Assembly (NCBI GenBank): GCA_964518165.1
Contig: CAZFFN010000086.1
Span: 6,408 to 70,407, forward strand
Reading direction: 5' to 3'
Origin: an uncultured Thermoplasmatales archaeon
Lineage (GTDB): Archaea > Thermoplasmatota > E2 > DHVEG-1
DNA: 64,000 nucleotides
In this document: piece by piece, positions 10,748-21,031 of the stretch
Layout of the letters: the number at the start of each line of letters is the position of its first letter
Numbering within the stretch: the stretch's first letter is position 1
Program-made: the position numbers and the translations under genes
The notes under the pieces: generated by a model
What the model saw: only the letters and a program-made list of their open reading frames with translations
Database searches by the model: none
What the model was told of the DNA's origin: nothing

Positions 10748-12637
10748 TTATCCCCCTCCACTATAGGGTTCAATTTGGATTTCAGAGTATGTTGAACCAA
10801 AATCCTGGTTACTATCATTAGGGATAATGGTAACTCCCCATATTTCTCCTAAAATTGTTTCTTCAGAAACAATAACACTTTTATCGCTTTCCCCATCTTT
10901 TGTGCAAAGATAGTTTTGATAAATCTGTTCTGCTGTAAGTTTTCTATTATATATTTTAAATTCATCTATTAAACCAGAAAAATTTGCAATGCTGCTACTA
11001 CCTACTGTTGCATTTACATATATTTCATCAAGAAAAACTCTTTCGTTGTTTCCTTCTGCAATACATTCAAATCTTATTTTCATATCATTTGGAAAATTGT
11101 AGTCTGTTTCATTGATATACAATGTTTCATGATACCAGGTATCCTTAGAAAAACCACTTGGATAATTCCTATCTAAAATTACAATCCAATCAGTTCCATC
11201 CCAATAATGTATCTCCCAGCTTTCACTATTTTCCCATCCAGGGTTAAACCATCCTCGGTAGTCGTTCCACATCCACCAGAAATCTAATTTTATAGAGGTA
11301 TACTTTGTTGAATCAACATCGATTCCATTTTCATGGAAAATTGATGAGTAATAACCATTGTCATCTCTTATAACCCCCGAATATGATCCCTGGTGATAAT
11401 ACCAGTCAACATATCCACTGTCTCCTCCTCCTGCCTCAAAATTACCCATGCCACTTTCAAAATCATCATATGTTAAAACGTTCCATGTTTCCTGAATTAT
11501 ATTATCATCAGAGGTACCTATGCTGCCATCTGGCGTATCACCATTTCCAATGAGCGTGTTTTGACTATGTATCTGTTCTTTTTTATCTTCTATTCCATCA
11601 ATATAAATTGCACATTCTCCTGATGAATAATCGTAGCTAATTGCGATATGATGCCAATTGTTATCAGATATATCTGTATTTGATGATATTTCTGATATTC
11701 CATCTGTTGAATTTGTAATCCATTTAATCCCTCCTCCTTCAAGAGTTAGTTTCCAGAAATCTTCTCCATTAAAAGAACAAATAGTTTGTGTATTAACACT
11801 AGTTTTTATCCAAAATTCTATCGTTGTCTTACTTATATATCCGTTTGGATCAAAGCAGTATGGAACTAATATACTGTCATTTTGTTCAAATTCGTAGCAT
11901 CCTCCTAGTTTACCATTGCTGATCCAGTTTGCATCTTGAACGGTTGCATTTAGTTTATTACCTGAATAGTCTTTTGCAACACTTATATTGTTTGTATCAA
12001 ATGGATATAGAACACGGGTTATTGGATTATTGTTTACAGACCAGTTGTAGATATATGTTTTTGTTTCTAATGGTGCTTCAACTGTATCATTATAGCAGAT
12101 TAAATCTTCTTCAACACTGTTTGTTTTTACACTTGATAAAAGCATTGGGTCTTCAAGAGATGGATCTTGAGGTTCAAATCCTTCAGGAATAGTTGTTTCT
12201 CCTCCATTTTTTTCAGTGTCAAAAGTACCTCTAAATATTTCTTCAAGATCTCCTTCTTTGTTTTTATATGTAACTGTTACTTCTACATATCGGGATATAT
12301 TTTCTTCATCAATATTTAAAAGATCAAATGGTCTTCTACTAGCTCCAATTTTCCATACATCATTAAGTATTTCATAGTCGATCAATTTACCACTTGAATA
12401 GTTGAAAACAGATACGTTATAGGTTGTAATTGCATCTCCTCTTTTGTGTGAAAGAACTACTAATCCTTCTTGGTTTACATATCCCTCGATTTTAACATTT
12501 GTTTCTATGTCTGGGCCTGGTGGAAATAGAGACATATATATTGATGCAAAAGTAGCTACTGCTATAACTAATAAAATCATACCTCCTACTAGTTCTGAAA
12601 CTGCATAGGATTTTTTAATTGAGCGTTTTTTTCCCAT
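10748..12637 (-). CDS. Minor type IV pilin/adhesin with LamG (ConA-like) domain
   Basis: Class III signal KKSYA/VSELVGGMILLVIAV; NWHHIAISYD, IYIDG, IDEFKIYNRKLT. Confidence 0.88.
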   Translation of the reverse strand: MGKKRSIKKSYAVSELVGGMILLVIAVATFASIYMSLFPPGPDIETNVKIEGYVNQEGLVVLSHKRGDAITTYNVSVFNYSSGKLIDYEILNDVWKIGASRRPFDLLNIDEENISRYVEVTVTYKNKEGDLEEIFRGTFDTEKNGGETTIPEGFEPQDPSLEDPMLLSSVKTNSVEEDLICYNDTVEAPLETKTYIYNWSVNNNPITRVLYPFDTNNISVAKDYSGNKLNATVQDANWISNGKLGGCYEFEQNDSILVPYCFDPNGYISKTTIEFWIKTSVNTQTICSFNGEDFWKLTLEGGGIKWITNSTDGISEISSNTDISDNNWHHIAISYDYSSGECAIYIDGIEDKKEQIHSQNTLIGNGDTPDGSIGTSDDNIIQETWNVLTYDDFESGMGNFEAGGGDSGYVDWYYHQGSYSGVIRDDNGYYSSIFHENGIDVDSTKYTSIKLDFWWMWNDYRGWFNPGWENSESWEIHYWDGTDWIVILDRNYPSGFSKDTWYHETLYINETDYNFPNDMKIRFECIAEGNNERVFLDEIYVNATVGSSSIANFSGLIDEFKIYNRKLTAEQIYQNYLCTKDGESDKSVIVSEETILGEIWGVTIIPNDSNQDFGSTYSEIQIEPYSGGG

Positions 12638-12752
12638 CTCTACTATCCACAAATATATTTTTGCCTATTATTATATATAATATCTCGCTGGTGTTTTTAC
12701 AGTATGAAATATTGGCGTTATACTCTTCTAGATTCTCCTTATAAAGCCATAC

Positions 12753-13664
12753 CTAGAATAGGAATTTAAAGACAAAGAATGAGACAAGGACCAATATAAA
12801 TCCATATCTCACACCGCTTGATAGATTTCCATCCGTCATATATCCGCCTAGTAGACCACCACCAACGCTTTGAACAAGGACAAATATTAAAAACATGTTT
12901 TTCAGTTCAACTGGGTTTACATCTGCAATAGCAAGACCACTATCTCCAACTGATGCACCAGTTGGCATTTTACTCTGTAGATCAAAAATAGCTGCAAAAA
13001 TTGTTTTATCAATAATAAGAATTACTGCTAGAAAAACAAAGAAACTTATGAAAATTACGATACTATACATTGACATCTCTGTTCTTCTCTGTTCTTCGAT
13101 CAATTTTGTCTGATCGATTTCTTTAGCAGCTGCTTCAAAAACAGAAGATGTATTACCGCCTATCTTTAGAGCTTTGTTTATGGTGACAACTATTCTTTTA
13201 ATAGCTGGAGTATTAACTCTTTTTGCAAAGTTTTCAAGTGCTTCATCTACTGGTATTCCCCATGATAGTTGAGATGCCATCATTTTTAATTCAGGTGAAA
13301 GTTTTCCATGGTCTCCTTGTGCTGAAGAAATTATTGCATCAAAAACAGTCATCCCTGATGATGTAGAGCTACTTATCTCTCTTAAAAAATCAGGTAGGTG
13401 TTCTTCTATATCTTGTTTTCTTTTGGATTTGATATGGTTATAAAAACCAATTGGGCCTATTGCTGTAAGTAGGCCGAACACGATGAAATCTACACCAGTT
13501 AAAATATCTCCTTTGACAACAGCTAAACCGGCCCATAACATAATTCCAAGTATAAACAGAATTATTGAGCATACTAAAGATATAGCTACAACTATCAGGA
13601 TATTTTTGTCTTTACCATAGAATCTGTTTTTGTTGTATTTTTTTCTCCTGATTAGATTCTTCAT
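12753..13664 (-). CDS. Type IV pilus membrane platform protein (T2SSF, TadC-like)
   Basis: LPDFLREISS..SGMT, GIPVDEAL; multiple TM helices. Confidence 0.9.
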   Translation of the reverse strand: MKNLIRRKKYNKNRFYGKDKNILIVVAISLVCSIILFILGIMLWAGLAVVKGDILTGVDFIVFGLLTAIGPIGFYNHIKSKRKQDIEEHLPDFLREISSSTSSGMTVFDAIISSAQGDHGKLSPELKMMASQLSWGIPVDEALENFAKRVNTPAIKRIVVTINKALKIGGNTSSVFEAAAKEIDQTKLIEEQRRTEMSMYSIVIFISFFVFLAVILIIDKTIFAAIFDLQSKMPTGASVGDSGLAIADVNPVELKNMFLIFVLVQSVGGGLLGGYMTDGNLSSGVRYGFILVLVSFFVFKFLF

Positions 13665-14527
13665 ATCGATTCGCCCATACCTGAACTCATAAGTACGTAA
13701 AAACCAAAATATGCCATAGGTAAAATTAACAAAGCAATTATATATAGAAATGGAAAGGATATTCCTTCTGAACTAGTTAGACCCATAATTGATATGATTA
13801 TCACAAGAAATAAAGGAAAAGCAATAACAGTTACAACAAAAGCTTCAGCCATTACAGCTAGTGAGTCAAGGTTTTTCTTTCTATCAAGTAGGTCTTGGGC
13901 CATATATCTATCTACACAGCGTTTGAAATATGGACTTAGTTCACTACCAGATTGGATTGTTGCAAGTATTCCTTGGATAAACTCTTTGAATTTATCTGAT
14001 GGGGAAATTTCTATTGCATTTTTCAAAGCTGTTACTGTATCTAACCCCATCATGTTTATTTCTGTGGTAATCTTTTTTGATTCTTTCTGGATTTCATCAT
14101 ATAGATCTACTTTTGACAGTGCTTCAAAGATTTCAGAGGGTGAAATGCCTGCTACTGACATTGTATCTATAAAGTTAGTTGCATATGGAAGATATTTATC
14201 TATTTTTTTTCCACGTGAATTAGCTAGCATGTTTGGAAGAGCAATATAATACATTCCTATTCCAAAAGGTACGATACATGAAACAATTAACATTAATAGT
14301 GATGTATATGGATTTGGAAAGATCATATAGAGTATTATTGTTGATATGAATGATACTATAAACGCAATTATCATGTTCATTAAAACCATTGAAAAATATT
14401 CTTTATATACCATAGGTATATCTGCTTTTTCAAGTATTTTATTTTTTGTTGGTTCGCTAATATTAAAACGCTCAAAAGCATCTGAAAGAAATCTTCTGCA
14501 AAACCTTGTGTATTTTGTAGATTTCAC
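13661..14527 (-). CDS. Type IV pilus membrane platform protein (T2SSF, TadB/C-like)
   Basis: LPYATNFIDTMSVAG, LAVMAEAF; TM helices; 4-nt overlap with the neighbouring gene. Confidence 0.9.
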   Translation of the reverse strand: MKSTKYTRFCRRFLSDAFERFNISEPTKNKILEKADIPMVYKEYFSMVLMNMIIAFIVSFISTIILYMIFPNPYTSLLMLIVSCIVPFGIGMYYIALPNMLANSRGKKIDKYLPYATNFIDTMSVAGISPSEIFEALSKVDLYDEIQKESKKITTEINMMGLDTVTALKNAIEISPSDKFKEFIQGILATIQSGSELSPYFKRCVDRYMAQDLLDRKKNLDSLAVMAEAFVVTVIAFPLFLVIIISIMGLTSSEGISFPFLYIIALLILPMAYFGFYVLMSSGMGESI

Positions 14528-16548
14528 TAGCCAAGTTCCTCCTTAGCTTTTTTAACGAGTTCATCAGAGTTTTTATGATAAATATTTACTATTCTTCCAA
14601 CTTCTCTATAATCTGTTATATCTTTTTCATCCATCCATCTAAGTACAAGCATTCTTTTTTCGATTTCCTCAGTTAATTCTAGGTCATTCCAATCGTTTTG
14701 AAGACGAATGTTATTTAGTACCTTACTTGAGCCGCTTGATTCAAAACGGTCATCGGTTTTTGATACCCATTTATATGGTTCCATGAAAATAAGTTGGTTT
14801 GTATCTGAATCTAGTTTAACGATTTCAGTAACACTAGTCATTCTTCTAACTGTTTTTCCTTTTATGTCTATTGCATTTTGGAAAACAATTATTTCAAGAG
14901 ATGTCAATAATGCTCTAGGAAGTTCAATAGGTGGGTTTTCCAGACGCTGGATAAGTGTATGGATGTCACTAGCATGAACTGTTGAGTAAGCAGTATGTCC
15001 CGTGCTCATCGCCTGAAATAAGGAGTATGCTTCTTTTCCTCTTACCTCTCCTACCATTATTACTTTTGGCCGCTGTCTAAGAGCTGCACGGATTAGATCA
15101 AACATATCAATGTCTTTACCTGTTTTTTCATCTGAGGCACTAAAACCTTGTCTTGTGGTTCCTGCTATCCAGTTCTTATGTGGAAGGTTTATTTCACGGG
15201 TGTCTTCAATTGAAACAACCTTATGTGATTCAGGGATAAACAAAGATAGAGCATTAAGTGCAGTTGTTTTACCACTAGCTGTTCCACCGCAGAATAATAC
15301 AGATGCTCCATTTTCTATTGCCATCCAGAAAAAGGCTGCCATTTCAACTGATATTGATTCAAAACGGATTAGATCAATTGGTGTTAAAGGGTTTTCTTTG
15401 AATCGTCTGATTGTAAAAGTTGAACCTCGTGTAACAGTTCGAGCTAGAGTTGTTTGTAGACGTGAGCCGTCAGGAAGTTTTCCATCAACTATAGGTGAAA
15501 AAACAGATATTTGTTTACCACAGATTTGAGCGAGTTTTACAACAAAAGAATTTAGTTGTAATTCATCATCAAATTTTACATCTGAAGCGATCTCATCATA
15601 TTTTTTGTGATAAATAAAAATTGGGACATGATGGCCGTCACAGCTTATGTCTTCGATTCCTTTGTCTTTCATTATGATATCGATTTTTCCATATCCCAGA
15701 AAATCTCTAAATATATGATAAAATATTTTGTCTTTGATCTCTTGGACTTTTTTATCGATTTCTTCTTTTGTTAGATCTTTGTATTTATTGTCTTTTTTTG
15801 AAAAAACTGAGAATAGACCATTTTTTTCTTGTTTTTTATCATCATTTGTCTTTTCTACTTTTTTAGTTTCAGTTTTATCTTTATTTTTTTTACTAAAAAG
15901 TGATTTCAATCCTTTTTTTTCTTCGTCTTTTTCCTCGTTATCTTCAGTTTTTTTATTTTCCTCTTTTTTAGTATCTTTTTTTGGTTTGAAATTTAAAAAT
16001 TGGATATTGTTATCTTTTACAATTTGTTCAAGTGTATCTTCTAAAAATTGCTCTTTTTCTTTATTTTCCATATCTGATACATTGACATCAGCTAGCATTT
16101 TGAAAAGATGAGTTAGTTCTTTTTTGATTTCTTTTTCTTCTTCATTTAACTCTGGTTCGATTGCACTATAAAGATATTCGTTTTTTTCTTTATTATATAG
16201 AATTCTTCTTGTACCAAGGCCTTTGTATCCAAAACCAGTTTTTTCTTCAACTATTTCCATATCTTTATATGGGTCTCTTTTGTCTTTTTCTTTTATTGCA
16301 AGTTCTTTTTTTGTATCGGTTTTTTTTTCTTTTTTAGGTTTTGGTTTTATTATTTTTCCTTTCTTTTGTTTTATTGAAGGCTTTTTCTTTTCAGTTTTTA
16401 CTTTTTGTGAATTTTTTTTCTTTTTTACTTTTTCTAGTAAACTTTTACTCTTTTTTTCATGTTTTTCTATTTCTATCTCATTAACTATTTTGATATCTTG
16501 TTTTTTTTCTTTGCTTTTTTGAACTTGTGCTTTTTCTAAGAGTCCCAT
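14527..16548 (-). CDS. Type IV pilus/secretion assembly ATPase (FlaI/VirB11 family) with Lys-rich insertions
   Basis: Walker A GGTASGKT, IEDTRE, RQRP..IMVGEVRG, GH..YSTVHA. Confidence 0.95.
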   Translation of the reverse strand: MGLLEKAQVQKSKEKKQDIKIVNEIEIEKHEKKSKSLLEKVKKKKNSQKVKTEKKKPSIKQKKGKIIKPKPKKEKKTDTKKELAIKEKDKRDPYKDMEIVEEKTGFGYKGLGTRRILYNKEKNEYLYSAIEPELNEEEKEIKKELTHLFKMLADVNVSDMENKEKEQFLEDTLEQIVKDNNIQFLNFKPKKDTKKEENKKTEDNEEKDEEKKGLKSLFSKKNKDKTETKKVEKTNDDKKQEKNGLFSVFSKKDNKYKDLTKEEIDKKVQEIKDKIFYHIFRDFLGYGKIDIIMKDKGIEDISCDGHHVPIFIYHKKYDEIASDVKFDDELQLNSFVVKLAQICGKQISVFSPIVDGKLPDGSRLQTTLARTVTRGSTFTIRRFKENPLTPIDLIRFESISVEMAAFFWMAIENGASVLFCGGTASGKTTALNALSLFIPESHKVVSIEDTREINLPHKNWIAGTTRQGFSASDEKTGKDIDMFDLIRAALRQRPKVIMVGEVRGKEAYSLFQAMSTGHTAYSTVHASDIHTLIQRLENPPIELPRALLTSLEIIVFQNAIDIKGKTVRRMTSVTEIVKLDSDTNQLIFMEPYKWVSKTDDRFESSGSSKVLNNIRLQNDWNDLELTEEIEKRMLVLRWMDEKDITDYREVGRIVNIYHKNSDELVKKAKEELG

Positions 16549-16554
16549 ATATCT

Positions 16555-17778
16555 TCACTTTTTTCTGTACTTTTTTAGTACTTTTTCATAAATTTCAAAA
16601 TCATCTGAATGAGCAAATTGATCTATTTTTTCTTCGGGTAATTCTCCTAAGAGATCATCAATGATATCAAGTGCCTGGGATAGTTCGTCATCATTAACAA
16701 GAGTTTGTTCTTTTTTGACTTCTATTTTTTCTTTTGTTTTAGGTATACTTTCTTCTTTTTTTGGTTTAAAAAGATTTAAGGTGAGTTTTTTTTCCTTTTT
16801 TTCTTGTTTTTTCTTTGGTTTCTTAGTTTGTTTTTTCTTTTTTTCTTTTTGTTTTATCTTGATTTCTTTTTCTTTAGCTAATTGTTTTTCAATCTCTTTC
16901 TTTTTTTCTTCCTTTTCTCTTTTGGCTTTTAGTTCTTTTTCCTTTTTTTCTCTAAGTTTTTTCTCTTTTTCTTTTTGTTTTCTAATTTTTTCTTTTTCTT
17001 CTGCTAGCTTTTTCTTCTTTTCTTCTTCTAGTTTTTTTTGTTTCGCTTTTTCTTTAGCTATTTGTTTTTCACGTTTTAATTTTAGTTTTTCCTGTTTCTT
17101 TTTTTCTCTTTGAAGTCTTTTCTTTCTTTTTTCTTTCTCAATTTTCTTCTTTTTTAGTTCAATTTCTTTTTCTTTGGCTTTTCTTTCTATTTCTTTTATT
17201 TCTTGTTTTTTTCTTTCGATTTCTTGTTTTGCTTTATCTAGTTCGTTTTTTGCTTTTGTAACTTTATTTTTCTTCTTTGTTTTATTTTTTTTCTGTTTAT
17301 TTTCTTTTTTTGAAATTTTGATTCTAGGTATTTTATCGGTTAAGCTTTCCTTATTTTTTTTCTTATGGAAAAAGAAAATTCTTGACTTTGGTTTTAGTAA
17401 ATCATCTGCGATTGTATTATTTTTTGAAGGAAATATTACTTCAAACAATTCTTTTTCAAAAAAGTTTCTTTGAGTGTTTTTTATATCTGTTTTAAATTCT
17501 GGTAAAATAGGGGTTTTTTTACAGGGTTTTCTTATTTCAACAGTTGTATTTAAAAAACTAGTTTTTTGCGGTATCTTCTGATTTTTTATTGCAGAATCAA
17601 TTTTCTTTGATATGTCTTCATCTAAGGTTATAAATTTGGGTTGATCTTTGTTGATATTTTTTTCTTCATTTTTTTGTCTAGGTTTAGCGTTGAACTTTAC
17701 TTTTTTTATTTTTTTGAAAATACTTCCTTCTAATGCTAAAAACAAAATTACATCCGTTTTTTCTTTTATTTTTGGCAT
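16555..17778 (-). CDS. Lys/Glu-rich coiled-coil protein with compact C-terminal helical motif, first gene of the pilus operon
   Basis: GAGAGGAG RBS; 407 aa; K/E-rich core; ends IIDDLLGELPEEKIDQFAHSDDFEIYEKVL. Confidence 0.75.
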   Translation of the reverse strand: MPKIKEKTDVILFLALEGSIFKKIKKVKFNAKPRQKNEEKNINKDQPKFITLDEDISKKIDSAIKNQKIPQKTSFLNTTVEIRKPCKKTPILPEFKTDIKNTQRNFFEKELFEVIFPSKNNTIADDLLKPKSRIFFFHKKKNKESLTDKIPRIKISKKENKQKKNKTKKKNKVTKAKNELDKAKQEIERKKQEIKEIERKAKEKEIELKKKKIEKEKRKKRLQREKKKQEKLKLKREKQIAKEKAKQKKLEEEKKKKLAEEKEKIRKQKEKEKKLREKKEKELKAKREKEEKKKEIEKQLAKEKEIKIKQKEKKKKQTKKPKKKQEKKEKKLTLNLFKPKKEESIPKTKEKIEVKKEQTLVNDDELSQALDIIDDLLGELPEEKIDQFAHSDDFEIYEKVLKKYRKK

Positions 17779-18188
17779 ACTACCTAATCTCCTCTCAGAT
17801 ATAGTAGATGCTTTAACAAATTACTTTTTAGGCATCCCAATCCAATTATTCCAAATATGTAAGCTATTATTAATTTAATAAAAGTTTCTATTAATTCTTT
17901 TAAATTTTTTTTGCTTTTATTATTTGCTTTCTTTTATTGATATACTCTTTTTGTTTTGCTTTTAATTCCTATGTTTTTTCTACTGTTATTATATCAAAAA
18001 AGATTTTTTTTGTATGGCTTATTTTTACAACTAGGTTTTAAATATGAATAGTGAAATAGGTTAACATGGTAGAGGGTATAAAAATTAGTATATAGTTGGC
18101 CTGGGGGGCTAAAATTCAAAAACTTTTTATACCTTTTAGTACATCTACCATTAATTAGCTTAAGTATAAGCTAGGAGAGAATGGGAAT

Positions 18189-18635
18189 ATGAAAGCAAAT
18201 AGAAAATTTAAAGAAGATGGTGAGGCAGTTTCAGCTGTTATTGGTGTAATTTTAATGGTCGCTATTACAGTTGCAATAGCTGCTACAGTGTACGTATATG
18301 TTAGTGGAATGTTAGGTGATCAACCTTCAGGCAATGAAGATGCAGTGGTTACTATGTCATCCTCAGGAAAAAACATAAAACTACTTTTAACAACAGGTGG
18401 AAATAATATACCAGATGACGGATACACAGATTATAGTATAATGATAAATGGTACAGCAATAGGGGATGATAATGTTGTTGGTGGTGATGTAGATGCTGCT
18501 TGGGATGTTGGCACAAGCATTTATGTTGAACAAACTTCTGAGGATGATGCTTTAGTCCCGGGTGTTGACTATGATGTTACCGTAAAAATATTGGAAACAG
18601 TTGTTTTAGATAGTTCTATAGAAGTTAAAGCTTAG
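18189..18635 (+). CDS. Archaeal type IV pilin (probable major pilin)
   Basis: EA/VSAVIGVILMVAITVAIAATVYVYV (Pilin_N motif); RBS GGAGAG; TATA-like TTTTTATA near 18124. Confidence 0.93.
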   Translation: MKANRKFKEDGEAVSAVIGVILMVAITVAIAATVYVYVSGMLGDQPSGNEDAVVTMSSSGKNIKLLLTTGGNNIPDDGYTDYSIMINGTAIGDDNVVGGDVDAAWDVGTSIYVEQTSEDDALVPGVDYDVTVKILETVVLDSSIEVKA

Positions 18636-18718
18636 TCAATTATAAAAAAACAACATATCTTCTTTTTTTTTTGATTTTTATTCTTGTTTTATAAATTTTA
18701 TATTTATGTTAGTTAAAG

Positions 18719-19134
18719 TTATGCGAAATAACAATAACTCTTCCCATCCTTCTTATCAACTCTAATAAAACCACTTCTCTCAAGTTTTTTAACGTTATAA
18801 CTAACAGTCTGCTGCTTTTCACCTAAAATCTTTGTAAGTTCAGTCTGAGCAATACCATCATTTTTCTTAACTAGATCTAATATTTTAGACTGAAGACTAG
18901 TAAGCCTCTTTTTTTCTTTCTCAGGTAATTTACCTTGAGAAATATAAAAAGCTCTATACCTAAGACCCTTTTTTCTAGATTTGATTATATCCATCTTTTC
19001 AAGCATTCTCAAGTGATGTGAAATTGTACCATTACCAACACCAACATTTTTCATAATATTAGTATAATAAGCACCAGGATTATTTTCAATATAATTATAA
19101 AAATCTCCTCTAACTTCTTGATCTAAAGCTTCAT
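18719..19134 (-). pseudogene. Tandem winged-HTH transcriptional regulator, apparent 1-nt frameshift just after the start
   Basis: GTISHHLRMLE and QTELT..QQTVSYNVKKL helices; coding frame extends to 19132, but the RBS-linked ATG at 19134 is out of frame. Confidence 0.6.
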
Positions 19135-19315
19135 TTTATTATTATCTCCTAAGTAACTAATAGTACGATACTTTTAGAAATTTTTATGCGGATAATTCCC
19201 AAATAAGGAATTATCTGGACAAAAAAATCTACTTTTTTTAAATTATAAAAAACAACCCTGATTTTATCACTATCTTAATATCACACTTTTTGTTTACAAA
19301 TAAATGGTTTAGAGG

Positions 19316-20032
19316 ATGGAAACTATAACAATTCTTGATAGTTTAAGGCTAATAATAGGAGTAACAATACTAGCTTATGCATCTTATACAGATATAAAAA
19401 CACGGATGGCATCTAATTATCTATGGGTAATAATGGGTCTTTTAGGTACAGTACTTCTTTTAACTCATTACTTTTTAGTTGGATTTGATAATATCTATAT
19501 GCTTCTCTTTATCCCAGTAATGATAGGTTTAGTATACTTATTCTTCCAACTAAGGCTAATCTTTGGAGGAGCAGATGCAAAAGCATTAATGGCCCTAGCA
19601 ATACTAGTTCCAGTACAACCAAATATAAACAATCTACCAATATGGGGAGAATCACTAATGCCAGGCGTGTGGCAGGTTTTTTCAAACTCAATTATCTTAT
19701 TTTTATTTATACCCTTGAGTCTTTTAGTTATAAACATTCTAAAAAGAAATTTTAGCATTCCACATATGTTCTTAGGTTACAAAATGAAAATTAGTACTGC
19801 CCGAGAAAAATTTGTGTGGCCACTTGAAAAAATAGTTGAAGGAAAAAGAAAATTTGTATACATGCCAAAAGAATTTGACATAGAAAAAGAACTAAACACT
19901 TTTGAAAAAAACAATATCGATGAAATATGGGTTACACCAAAGATCCCTTTTATGATACCACTTTTAGGTGGAGTTATAGTTACATTTTTCTTTGGCGACA
20001 TTCTATTTTATTTGATGAATGTACTTATCTAA
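19316..20032 (+). CDS. Prepilin/prearchaellin peptidase (A24, FlaK/PibD type)
   Basis: SYTDIKTR, FGGADAKAL, C-terminal WVTPKIPFMIPL. Confidence 0.93.
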   Translation: METITILDSLRLIIGVTILAYASYTDIKTRMASNYLWVIMGLLGTVLLLTHYFLVGFDNIYMLLFIPVMIGLVYLFFQLRLIFGGADAKALMALAILVPVQPNINNLPIWGESLMPGVWQVFSNSIILFLFIPLSLLVINILKRNFSIPHMFLGYKMKISTAREKFVWPLEKIVEGKRKFVYMPKEFDIEKELNTFEKNNIDEIWVTPKIPFMIPLLGGVIVTFFFGDILFYLMNVLI

Positions 20033-20114
20033 AATCTTAAAACTAAACTAGTAATATGATTATTTACTATTGTTTAGAAAAGTATTTAAAAAGTTGTTTC
20101 TTTAATTTATAAAA

Positions 20115-20540
20115 ATGATGAAATATTATACTATAGATAAAGAAAAAAAAGAAAAAATTCAAAATAAATTAGAATATATTTTAAAAAAAGAAAATGAAAT
20201 CATTTTTTCTTATCTGCACGGTTCTTTTTTAAAAAAAAGATTTAGAGATATAGATATTGCTATCTATTTAAAGAAATCTATTTCAAATAAAAAAATATTG
20301 AAATATGAACTTTATCTAGAAGAAAAAATTAGTGGAGAACTAAATTATACTTTTGATGTCAGGGTCTTAAATAATGCGCCGTTATCCTTTAGATTTTCAG
20401 TTATAAAAAATGGAATAGTACTTTTCAGTAAAGATGAAGTTAAAAGATCAGATTTTGAATGCCTTTCTTTTGTTAAATATCATGATTTTGATTTTTACAG
20501 AAATAGATACATGAGGGATGCTCTTGGGATTAAAGTTTGA
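20115..20540 (+). CDS. Minimal nucleotidyltransferase (MNT antitoxin)
   Basis: YLHGS...RDIDIA motif, LNNAP. Confidence 0.9.
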   Translation: MMKYYTIDKEKKEKIQNKLEYILKKENEIIFSYLHGSFLKKRFRDIDIAIYLKKSISNKKILKYELYLEEKISGELNYTFDVRVLNNAPLSFRFSVIKNGIVLFSKDEVKRSDFECLSFVKYHDFDFYRNRYMRDALGIKV

Positions 20541-20952
20541 TAAAAATAAAGTTACAAAATTATCATCAAAAATAAATGAGGCTCTTGACAGACTTCATGA
20601 TCTTTCTAATCTTGAAAAAAATTCATTCTTGTCAGATCCATACAAATTAGCTAGTGCAAAATATTTTTTAATCGTTGCAATAGAAGAATCGATTGATATG
20701 TGTAATCATTTGATTTCCATGAATAAACTAAGAGCTCCTGAGGATTACTCTGATACTTTTAGAGTACTTGAAGAGCAGGGTATGTTTAAAAAAAATTTTG
20801 TAAAAAAACTTGTTGAAATGGCTAGGTTTAGAAATAGACTTGTTCATATTTACTGGGAAGTTGATGACGAATTAATTTATAAGATAATCTGTGAATATAT
20901 CAAGGATATCGAAGAATTTATTGAAAAGTTTACAAATTATATTAGTAGTTGA
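20518..20952 (+). CDS. HEPN/DUF86 ribonuclease toxin
   Basis: FRNRLVHIY Rx4H motif; overlaps the MNT gene. Confidence 0.92.
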   Translation: MLLGLKFDKNKVTKLSSKINEALDRLHDLSNLEKNSFLSDPYKLASAKYFLIVAIEESIDMCNHLISMNKLRAPEDYSDTFRVLEEQGMFKKNFVKKLVEMARFRNRLVHIYWEVDDELIYKIICEYIKDIEEFIEKFTNYISS

Positions 20953-21031
20953 TTAATTATTTACTTTAAATTACATGATTTAACTTCATAAATATCATAT
21001 ACTACCTCCCTTTTTACAATTTTCTTGAATT

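Noticed and set aside
16661-17300. Long T/A homopolymer-rich tract as a microsatellite or contingency locus
   Set aside because: Explained by AAA/GAA codons of an intact 407-aa ORF.
20059-20965. 10-bp direct repeat ATTATTTACT flanking MNT-HEPN (20059 and 20956)
   Set aside because: Short and AT-rich; plausible by chance at this base composition.
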